Below, in pieces: positions 24,336 to 36,502 of a stretch of 64,000 nucleotides of DNA; position 1 is the stretch's first letter; each line of letters begins with the position of its first letter. Source of the stretch: Kondoa subrosea (taxonomy: Eukaryota). The position numbers and the translations under genes were made by a program. The notes below the pieces were generated by a model. It made no database searches. It was not told the DNA's origin and saw only the letters and a list, made by a program, of their open reading frames with translations. The stretch is from contig BCIN01000007.1 in the NCBI GenBank assembly GCA_039545335.1, positions 806,001-870,000 of the forward strand. The letters are read 5' to 3'.

Positions 24336-25289
24336 ATGGATTCAACTGATCAAGCTAGTAAAGGAGAATGCGTATCGAGCGTGGTCTTCGGGTAAGCTCT
24401 TTCTTTCATAGAGTCTAGAGGCCTTCGTCTGATCCTCTAAACAGATTCGTCATCGTGCTGGTCATGATCTGTTAGTCTGAGAATACTGATTATCCGTCTG
24501 TCGTATCGTCTGAAGCTTCTTTCTCTTTGTAGTTTCAATCGGCGGCGGCGGAGGTCTTGTATTCTGGGTTGGAACGCGAAAAGGTAGATTGCGGTGTTCT
24601 CAAGTGGTAATCTTCCAGCCGCTCATATCTTTACTTTCTTCCCTAACAGAACGAAGGTTGACTGCCCAAGGTAAGATCTCTCTATTTCCTTCTATTCGCC
24701 TTGCTAATGCTTCCATCAGCCGAGAAGATGCAGAAAGAACGAGATGAGCTCAGGGATAAAGAGATCCAGGTCGTGAGTTTGCTCCCCAAAATCAGATGAT
24801 TGCACAGCCTCTAATTCTTCATTGATCCAGCACGCTACGGCTACTCGTTCGTCTCTTCATATCTCTATCGCTCTATGCTAATATCTTCTTCTCCAGAGCA
24901 TTATCTAGGCGGTCCGTTTCAGTACCTCATCGCGTCAGAAGATTCTTTAATTTTTGATTACAGAGGTCGATCATTGGCGCAAGGAATTCCAGCGCATTCA
25001 ACAAGAGTCTGAGAACTTCAAGCGCTTGCTAGAGTGGGTTCTCTCAATGTCTCTTTGTTCGTTTGGACTGATGAATGAACCAATAGCAATTCGGGAATCG
25101 CTTACAATCGTATGAGTATGGCCACCACCGCTGTAGACGCACCACAGACCCGTCCTGGTTCAGTGAGTAATTTTTTTGTCCCGATGAATGACCGTTGATG
25201 GGAAGAAGCAGCTGTATGAGAAGACCAACAGAGATACCATGCCTTCTCTTGCTGGTAAACTCAACTTCTCCGACGAGAAGAGCGGTTAG
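24336..25289 (+). CDS. Orphan 153-aa single-pass membrane/coiled-coil protein, 10 exons; absent from the ORF track
   Basis: Nine GT-AG introns (49-66 nt), most with clear branch motifs, join exons of 56, 26, 51, 21, 53, 16, 15, 70, 76 and 78 nt. These total 462 nt in one open frame from ATG to TAG. Confidence 0.75.
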
Positions 25290-25483
25290 TGCAACACAAG
25301 CCGCGCAAACCTCAGAACCGGTTATCTCGTTATTGATTTCATACAACTCATTATTTTTCCCTTCTCCATAGTTTCGTTTACATTTATGTACTCTTGTATC
25401 AAATAGCATTTCTCGTTCCCTTTCCTCATGAGCTGTCGACCTCTTTTGCTTTTCGCAAACCCATTCTGATGTGTAGGCTAAAT

Positions 25484-26159
25484 CTATATCTGAGGCGACT
25501 CGAATCTCAATTGTTCCTCTTCCTGTTCCTGCTGCGCTTCTCTCTGTTGTTGCGCAGTCGGAGGTGGAGGTGGGTTTTCAGCTTCTTCAGCCGGGTCTTC
25601 AAGCATATTAGGATTCGCAACAGGAGGTGCTTGTTCTACTATTTCATCCACTGGTAACAATTGTTCTAATGCTAAATCCGACCATTGAAGTGTTGCTGAA
25701 GGAAGACCTTTTGGTAGATTTAGAGAGGGTAAGTTTGTTGCTAAAGAACGAGTGGTAGAGAATGGGTTGCGAAGAAGATTTTTGGCTGATGGTCTGTATG
25801 GATTACCGAATGGGTAGGAAGGATGTGCTGCAGTAGGTAAAACGCCTGAAAACAAGCATCAGACAACGAATATGGTCTCTGATGGGGAAACGCACTCTCA
25901 TCGTCTTCGTCCTGATAGCGAGGTAAGAGATGTAAGGGAACATCTATATCTGTACTGTACATCTCAGTATAGTGCTTACATACGCGTGCAAAGATAGCTT
26001 ACCTTCGTCTGGCAAGTCTACTACGAAATCATCTTCATCTGTGCCAAGGTGCTGAATTGCAGCCGTGTTGAGATGAGCGAGAGTGAATCGATCGTCCTAG
26101 CCGACACTTCTTAAGCTACAGGAGACCAGCGCCGAAGAAAACAAGAAACAGACTGCCAT
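25484..26159 (-). CDS. APC13: Anaphase-promoting complex subunit Apc13/Swm1-like; multi-exon
   Basis: Spliced: DLPDEDIDVPLHLLP..DEDDE..GVLP..H..F...LQWSDLALEQL, matching the Apc13 motifs LP.EDI.VP and W.DL[AG]L. Confidence 0.7.
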
Positions 26160-26321
26160 AACGAAATGAAAGTATAGAGATTGCAAGGGAAAGCGAGCAA
26201 ACAGGGAATAGGTAACTAGAGAAACGGGAATCTAATGTTCTAGGTATCTCTCCTTGCATGCAATGTCTTTCCAAATCCAGTCGGTCGAGTCAGGTCATCC
26301 TGGAACGAGCAAAATACAAAA

Positions 26322-28323
<2,002 letters not shown>

Positions 28324-28374
28324 GACGAAGGTTTCTCTATTATGCTTCTATTGGAAACGCTTGCTAGCTTCCGG

Positions 28375-29873
28375 TCACGAATGTTTCTCGTGTCCTTCTT
28401 CGATGGGATCCATGGCATCCTCGTCTGCTGTCATTGTGGGATCTATAGTTCCTTCAATTTGACTGTCTATGTCTTGAGTGTCTTCTATTAAAGACTATAA
28501 GAGAAAACGACATTTAGGCATCGACAGCAAAGAATAGACTCGATATAGCGCTTACTCGAGGTCTGAAAGGCCACTTGTTGAAAACTTCGACCAGATTCAT
28601 CCATTCTGCCGTATGTAGTGCACCAGGCTTGGCCTTCGGATCAATATAGTTGCCTTCTTTGGCCAGCGTGTCCAATAGCTTCTCAGCATTGGGTGCTAGT
28701 CCTCTGCACATACAACATCAGCCATCAAGGAAAGGTACGATATGAAACAAGACCCACTTGAGTCCAATTTTCAACGGGGATCCCTTGAGCGTAAAGAGCT
28801 TGCGGGCCAAAAATTCCAATGCTTCCATCTGCTCATCCGTCTGAATCCACGGCTGCTCGAGTGGTTCCACAACGAAAGCCCGGAGCTCTTTGGAAGTTAC
28901 GTTCGTCACACGCTTGGTAACAGGGAGGTCGTCTTTTGGAGTTGCACTGATTTGTTGCGGTTCCATGGTGGAACGAAATTTCGCCATCACTTCATTCAGG
29001 ACTGCTGATTTGTGTCGATATCTATCACCGACGCCGGCTGTACATCGTTGATAAAACTTGTCGGTCGAAAGTATCCCTAGTTGGAAGCGACCGTATTTTC
29101 GCCAAAGCCAATAACGTCCTCGCATAGCGCCTATGAGTTGGATCATGAAGCGTTCGAAAGCGTTGTTGTCTGCCCCTGTTGCGATGATAAATAGACTTTC
29201 GTTTGCTATTCAATCAAGCTATTAGACACTGCTTGTATTGACATTGGATTTAGACTGACTTTCATTCCATGCTGTCTCTTCCACTAATTCGAATGCTCCG
29301 GATTCTTCATACACTGTCCAGCTTTCCCAGAGAAGAGGATTGGGTGCGCCTCGAAACAGGCGAGGGTCGTTCAGCTTTTGAGCGCGCTTCTGTAGAATTT
29401 CATCAATCAACCTGAGTTAGCAGTAGCGCAGAAGAGAATACTTACTCGAAACGGCTCACACATACGAGGAGCGTGTTCCGCGGCGATGACTCGTTGAACA
29501 TTTGGTATCTTGAGCAATTCTTCAGTGATCAAACCATTGCCTTGAGACAGATGATTTATAAGAATACATATGGAGCACTTCTCCGGCCATAGACTTTACC
29601 TGCAAACATATCGACTACCGTAAAAGGCTTCTTGCGGTCATACAAACCCCAGCTTTTGATGATCTCACGAGCTTTAGCAGGACTACTAATGAGAATTCTG
29701 TGAACGCCGATCTTCTTATAGCGATTGTATTGATGAAGACCCGTATCAACGGGTTCATGCGTCCAAACTTGGGTAAGTGCATTCTGATTGCGAAGAGATT
29801 TGGCATTCTGCGCAAAGGCTACTGATTGTGAGTATAATTTGTTGCGTTGTGTCGCTGCCACTGCAGCCGCCAT
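28375..29873 (-). CDS. MTF1: Mitochondrial transcription factor Mtf1 / rRNA adenine dimethylase-like; multi-exon
   Basis: Basic N-terminal presequence-like region, TVVDMFAG-NGLIT, IPNVQRVIAAE, LLWESW, WLWRKYGRFQL, EFLARKLF, EWMNLVEVFNKWPFRP. Confidence 0.72.
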
Positions 29874-29998
29874 CCGAATCTTCAGGCTGTTCAAGTACAA
29901 TGCTCTGTTGTACAAAAACGACGAGAGCCCAAACTTATATGCCCAAGCTATCCCAAGCTAGAGATTCCGCGAATCAGGCAATACCCCCAATCAGGAAG

Positions 29999-30922
29999 AT
30001 GTTAGATACCAGAATATGCGTACAAGAACCCTTCTCAGCTATGTTTTGTCGGAAACCAACACAGCTTGGCCAGCTCGAGATTTTCTATCACGATTTGAAT
30101 TTCTGCATCTCTTCCCTATCTAAGGAAGACTTCTTGGCCTTATGTCAGTACCTTCATCGTGTTTCGAAGAGTCTGCAAGCGATTACTGGTGTTCTGCGAA
30201 TTGGGCTGGCTTCAGATGACTCGTCCCTCTATCTACTACCCATGCACGGTCTGAGCAAAGATTGGAAACCGATGCGAAGTGATCCTTCACAAAGACACTA
30301 TTTAGAGACGTATGCTGGCTATTTGAACACTTGTTCTGGTCCACGTCAATCTTCTGAACAGCTTACTTCCACATTACTTTCCCTTTGCACGCCTAAAGAT
30401 CTCAACACCTTTTTCAATGGCCCATCAGATAACCTCTTTGCCAAGATCGTCCGCGGTGAAGAGGAGCAATATCGGTTTTACGATTCAATCTCTCACATAG
30501 CTGTGCTTACACCGTTCCCACATCTACCAGGCGCTTCGACCGTTCTACCTCGTACTCATCTCTCAAGCAATATTTTCTCCATAAAAGAAGAAGAATATAT
30601 GGATTACGTCGGTTCAGCTTGGGAAGTGATACAAGTGTTGAAGCTTGGCTTAGGCGTAAAAAAGGTTGCAATGTTCTTTGAGGGCTACGAAATTGATATG
30701 GCCCATATCAAATTATATCCGATTCCATTAAATCAAGCGGAAAGAGGGGACGCAGAGGAAGAGCGGTTTTACGAATCTTACCCTGGTTTCTTGACCACGC
30801 AGCAAGGACCAGAGATGAGCGAGGAAGTCAGAGGGAAGACTGAGGCGTTGCTGCGGACTTGGCGGAGCAGGCTTTCGGAAGGAGATTGGGAAGCGGTTGG
30901 TCGGAGAGAGCCATTTGTATGA
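29999..30922 (+). CDS. HIT-like domain protein with two degenerate HIT-like halves; intronless
   Basis: NLFAKIVRGE, HIAVLTPFPHLPGASTVLPRTH, FEGYEIDMAHIKLYP. The start codon is uncertain (29900, 29939 or 29999). Confidence 0.8.
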   Translation: MLDTRICVQEPFSAMFCRKPTQLGQLEIFYHDLNFCISSLSKEDFLALCQYLHRVSKSLQAITGVLRIGLASDDSSLYLLPMHGLSKDWKPMRSDPSQRHYLETYAGYLNTCSGPRQSSEQLTSTLLSLCTPKDLNTFFNGPSDNLFAKIVRGEEEQYRFYDSISHIAVLTPFPHLPGASTVLPRTHLSSNIFSIKEEEYMDYVGSAWEVIQVLKLGLGVKKVAMFFEGYEIDMAHIKLYPIPLNQAERGDAEEERFYESYPGFLTTQQGPEMSEEVRGKTEALLRTWRSRLSEGDWEAVGRREPFV

Positions 30923-31909
30923 TCTTCTTGCGGCAAGACGTGACGTGTGTGGAATTATAACAGACTGCTCTCACGTCGCCTTGTACCTTGTCTCATCTTG
31001 TGGAAAAAGGCATCAAATGAATCTCGCTATACTTAAAGGCTGATACAAGAGCTGGAGAAGAATGGCTCTCGTTGTGCAAAAGCTCCATGAACGGTGGTTG
31101 CGAGAAACGAGGTGTTTCCAGATTTCCTTGCATGAGGCTCATATAGAGAGTGATGATATTCGCCTTTCTGGTACCAGAATGGCCTCTTCACAGGCCAGTC
31201 ACCCTTCTCTTGGGCCAATTTGAAGGCTGCTAGAAGCATCCCGCGCCCGCACTCGGGAAAGTAGAAACGCTTGACAGAGCTTGGGGTTAGCTTTTATGAT
31301 TTTATAAACTTATGCATCTCAACAAATCATGCATTAGTAGGCTAGTGGTAAACTGCGGCTTTGCCAATAGATTCATTTCTATCATAGTAGCCGCGTCCCG
31401 TGTTCAATTCACGGCTAATGCAATTGAAATTTCTTTTTGTATGCAGCACGTCCGTGTCTTTTTTGTTTCATTTTGGGCATCAAGGTTATCTCATTTTTTT
31501 GGCCGCTGAATGTCAAATGAGGGCTGTTGCAATTGTTTTCCGCTCAAATCGCAAGCACAAACAAGTCTCTATTGGTATCCTTGCAGACCACACTAATGAT
31601 GAACGATTCTTTGACTGCTTTCACACCAAACAATTCAAAATCATCTCTGCGAATCCACATATCAATGGAAACATCTAGTCTTGCTAGAACGTTGACAGCT
31701 TTCCGAGCCAGGATGGGTTGATCCAATTCATAGTTGATACACTACACTCGGCGGCTGTGAAGAGATCCGGTGACAACAGCAGTAGAAGCTGCCTAAAAGA
31801 CGAGCAACCAGTTGTCAGCGTGTATGATCGGAAATGGAATAAAGTGCTGACCTTGGATAAGATGCCGAGCTACTGTCAATACTATGAATGACACCTGTTA
31901 GTAGGTACT

Positions 31910-33491
31910 CTATGATCTGTAGTCGGCATTGATGGCGATATATTCCTAAGAGACAGGTTAAATCAGACAGAGCTAAGCCAGAGTTTCACGCGAATTATAC
32001 GAACCTTGCTAAGATCACATGTATAGCTGAGTGCCGGAAGATTAGTCCTGTCCAGTTTGACTGACCAAGGGACTCACTACGCGGCCTTCTCTTTGCCTTG
32101 ACCCATTTTCACTTGAATGTGAACATTCTCTTGCTCCAAAACTTTCCTCGCCCAAATTTCATCTACTCCATCGACTGGTTCACCATCCACCAGAAGTTTC
32201 ATCTCCTTCCCATTGGTCTCGCCAGCACTTTGATCAATAAACGAGACGGAGACTTTGGTTGGGTCGATAGTGAAATCTTCTGCTTCTGAATAGCCAACGG
32301 CGCAAAGTACACGTCCCCAGTTGGCATCTGCTCCATGAACAGCACATTTGAGCAAGGTGGAAGTAGAAATGGTGGAAGCGATATGATGAGCGATTTTGTA
32401 CGAGGGACATTCCTAGAAAAAGAAGAGAGAACCGGCTAAGAGTTTAATTGACGGTAAAAGTCACATACACTCACTTCAACGCTAACAGTGATGAATTTTG
32501 TAGCTCCTTCACCATCCCAGACCACCAGTCCAGCCAATTCAGTTGCGAATTCGGTAAGCTGATCTCTGAATTCTGTCCAGCCCTCTTCACCTTCCACTAT
32601 GGTATCATATCCGTCCCAAGCAGCTCCGTTTGCCAGTGCTACAACCGTGTCGTTAGTTGACATATCTCCATCCACGCTGATGGAATTGAATGATCGTTCC
32701 ACAGCATAAGTTAAAGCCGCTTGCAAGGCTGAAGGTTCAATAGCTGCATCTGTAGCAATCATACCGAGCAGAGTTGCATGTGGTGGACCCATATTTGGGT
32801 GAATCATTCCAGCACCTTTGTCAATCCCAACAAAACGAATAGGTTGTTTTCGACCAGGTATAGTACATTCTTTAGTTCGGAGTTTTGGGAAAGTATCGGT
32901 TGTCATAAAAGCACGAGCTGCTGCATCCCAAGATTCGAAAGACGACGAAAGTGTAGGTAGACAGGAAGAGCGAAGGGAAGGTAAAATTCGATGCATCGGT
33001 AGTTTTTGACCAATGACTCCTGTTGACATGACCAGAGTGTTCATTTTGGGTAGGTTTTGTGATGCAGATGGGTTTGAGTTGAAGAGATCATTGACAGTGT
33101 TGGCCATTGCCCAAGCATCTTCTAATCCCTTGCTACCAGTAACAGCATTTGCACAGCCAGAATTGACCACTATAGCTCTAGCTGTTGGACTCTCCTTGAG
33201 TACAGCTTTGCAGACTTGAACAGGTGCGGCTTGAAATGCATTTTTGGTGAAACAAGCTGCGGAAGCTGTTGGAAAAGGAGAAGAAGAGATGATGAGACCG
33301 AGATCCAGTGATTTAGGATTCTTCTTAACACCGCAATGCACACCAGTTGCTAGGAAATGTCGAGGGAAAGTCGGAGCTGATTCCGCCGTCAAAGTGAGTC
33401 GCTCTTGCTTGGTCTGACTCGACATAGCGCGCATGATAAGCTTTCCCGTCTGTTGAAGCCGCTTGCAATCCCTCAACTGCTGCAGAGCCAT
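31910..33491 (-). CDS. ARG7: Ornithine acetyltransferase / glutamate N-acetyltransferase ArgJ, mitochondrial
   Basis: FTKNAFQAAPV, VNSGCANAVTG, STGVIG, FMTTDTFPK, KGAGMIHPNM..ATLL, VDGDMSTNDT, DGEGATKF, DANWGR, YTCDLSKEYIAINADYRS*. Confidence 0.96.
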
Positions 33492-34357
33492 TTCCTGATT
33501 TCTTTAACTCCAACGATGACTCGAAATATAGCAATTGCTTGTGACTGCCTGCCTGCTTCCGCTTGCTTCGACCTGTCCTGTAGCGTCTCTTATCTTGAAA
33601 TCGCGGAGCGGATCAACAGCTTCAAGCTCAAGTCGTGCTTCGTGATCAATCAAGTTCATTTCTTGAATGACTCAAAGAACACTGCCGTCGGGACCGGACA
33701 AAAGCCGCAGAGCTAATCTTGAAGCGACTTTGCGATCTACTTTCCAGTCCAAAAGCTGCCGCTCTTTGGCAATTGTTCGTTCCTGCTTCATACTGTCGCA
33801 TCATGCACGAATGAAGCCTCAGCAATTGCACTGATAGTGGCATGCAGTCAGTCGTCCGCCTATGGCTCTGATCTGCTAGACCAGCCTTTCTCAACCTTTA
33901 GCTGATTTGGCTGCGAAAAGATTCTCTGATATTCTGGTTTTTCGGCTCGACCGTGTCTGCCTGTCGATAGTGCTCTTGCTCTGGCTTTGGAAGCTTTCTG
34001 AGCCCGCACCTTCTTAACATAGGAAGATTCCACATGGTCTCACGATTCCATGCTTTTACCCAATCGCCAGCCCCACACAAACAGCAATCTGACCGCTTAA
34101 GATTGGAAACTACATCACTGCCAAACAGCAGTGCTCTACAGTAGTACAATTGTCGATCCGAACGCGTCTTGCATCTGTCGGGTCTTGGCTGTTTGGCTAT
34201 TTATACGTTCGCGTCGGTAAATGTTTCTGGGTCCATGATATCTGGCGTAAACAGAAGAAAGAAGACACAACAGCAACTTTTTTGTTCTTATCCATCTTAC
34301 TTGACCATCTTACTTGACTTCATTCGCATCTCTTTCTTTGGAACTATTGATCAGACC

Positions 34358-36081
34358 ATGTTCACTACGCGTCTTCTTTGTCTTCTGGCGATATCATCCA
34401 CCTCTGTTATCGAAGCAGCTTGGCCAGCCAGATTCGCAGCAAGAGACACGTTGCATGTTCGGGCAAAGCCTAGAGATATTCGCATCCCAAATCAGCTACT
34501 CTTGCGCAGAGCCACCACCACTTCAGACGACGTCTGCACGTACGTACTATTTCTGCATCGTTTTTTCTGTGCTTAATCTGTACAAGATAGACCTCTTCCT
34601 TCCGCCAAATGCTCGCCTTCAAAGTGAGCAACTGTTTTGTTGATTTTCCAGTATCTCACGCGTCTGTTAACAGTTGTTCAAATTGCGGTTAGCTTAACAG
34701 ATAGCAATGCGTCGAGCAATGTGGACTGAGACGATGGGATGCTCCCAGGCTCTGGCTGTCTAGACTTAACCAGCAATTCAAATGCCTGCGGAAGTTGCGA
34801 TAATGTCTGCAACAATGGGCAGATTTGTATCCATAGCACATGTCAATGCCCTAGCGGTGGAACTCTGGGCGATTCCGACAAGTAAGTCGTCCTCAGATTT
34901 GGCCTTTCAAGCGATGTAACTGAGATGAGCTTTGTCCAGCTGCGGCACTTGTGGAATGCAGTGCGAGAATGGTGAAAGCTGCATTAACGGCGCATGCCAA
35001 TGCCCTGGAGGCGGCAATTTGGGCGACTATGATAAGTAGGTTTCTTTTGCCCGGCGCTAATTTCTTCAGATCATGTGCTAAGATCTTCAAAGTTGCGCCG
35101 CTTGCGGGAAATCATGCAGTGGCGGGAGCTACTGCAATCAATACAATCAATGTCAATGCTCGGATAATTCCATTTTGGGCAGCACTAGCTCGTGTCGTGT
35201 CTGTGAAGACCCGTGTGCGAGCGGTGAAATTTGCTCCAATAATCTCTGTCAGTGTCCGAATGGAGGTAGAGTCGGCGACTCGAATAAGTAAGTTACAGAG
35301 TCGATTTGCCTGAACTTACCACGTACTGACGCAACTGCAAAGTTGCGGGAGCTGCGGAACTCAATGCCATGATGGGAAAACCTGTAATCAAGGCCAATGC
35401 TCATGTCCGAATGGTAAACAACTGAACGATCGCTCCAAGTGAGTTTTACCCTCGCTATCAGACAAAATCGCTCTCATGCATTTTTAAAATAGTTGCGGAG
35501 AATGCGGCAATTTATGTCCAGGAAATACAGTATGCAATGGAGGCACCTGCCTTTGCCCGCAAAATAATGCTCCCTTTAATACGCCTTTGAAGTGAGCTAA
35601 AAGTATGCTCTAAGACATTCTCCCTCATTACATTCTATAGCTGCGGTGCTTGCGGACGTTCTTGTCCAAGTGGCGAGGAATGCATCAACGGCTCGTGCGG
35701 CTGTCCATCTGGGACTTTCGGCGACAGTAATAAGTCAGTCGCAGATCTTTAGCAAAGCCTCGACATCTTGCTAACATGGAGTACGCTAGCTGTGGATCCT
35801 GCGGTAACATGTGTCCCGCTGGAACTTTGTGCCAGTCTGGCAAATGTCAATGCGACGACACAGCATGCTCACGAATCGGTGGTGGCAATTACAAGTGCAC
35901 GTCCGACGGCTGCACCGTCTTCTACCAGGCGCGATATTGCTTTGGGATTCAAGACAATTATCAAATTGGCATCCAAAACGGTGTATGTGGCTGTCTGGAT
36001 TATGTGACGGCTTCCACTGTTGTCTGTCAGAGCGGAGACTGCAAACAAACCACTGCTCCAGGCTCAGCTCAATGTTATTAG
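34358..36081 (+). CDS. Secreted cysteine-rich protein with 8 tandem CxxCxxxC...C...CxC (Stig1-like) repeats
   Basis: Signal-peptide-like MFTTRLLCLLAISSTSVIEA, a dibasic RR site, and repeats beginning CGSCDNVC, CGTCGMQC, CAACGKSC, CRVCEDPC, CGSCGTQC, CGECGNLC, CGACGRSC and CGSCGNMC. Ends AQCY*. Confidence 0.85.
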
Positions 36082-36502
36082 AACCCTTAAAAGGAATTTT
36101 GATATTGCAATGTAATAGAACACTCATTCGTCTATAAAAGCTCGATATGGCTCATTAGCTTTGACACTATGCATATAAAACAATCCGAATAGTTCATATC
36201 ATGAGCGCAGTCTACCACTTTCGAAAGAAAGACACGGAGTCAGATAGGTCTTGCCGAATTCGCGTTCGTGTTGACAAAGATGAAGAAGATTCAGAAGAGA
36301 AATACAAATACGGCGAATCAAGTACGAGGATCACTGCACTACAAGACACGTGTACACAAGGCAGAAGAGGGAAAGAGGCATTCTGCATGATTTTTTGTAT
36401 TTGTGTATTTTGTCCTCTAGCAACCGAGTCAAGGCATCTGAGCTCCTGTAAGCTGATAGCACCCTACTTCAGCAACACTGATGAATATGCAGCATCAGAG
36501 CC

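Noticed and set aside
25110..25136. Apparent GTATGA...TAG intron in the orphan gene
   Set aside because: At 27 nt it is too short, and it reads through in frame without a stop, so it was kept as exon.
30930..31900. Several short ORFs on both strands between the HIT-like gene and ARG7
   Set aside because: No recognisable motif and no consistent spliced model; treated as intergenic/UTR or decayed sequence.
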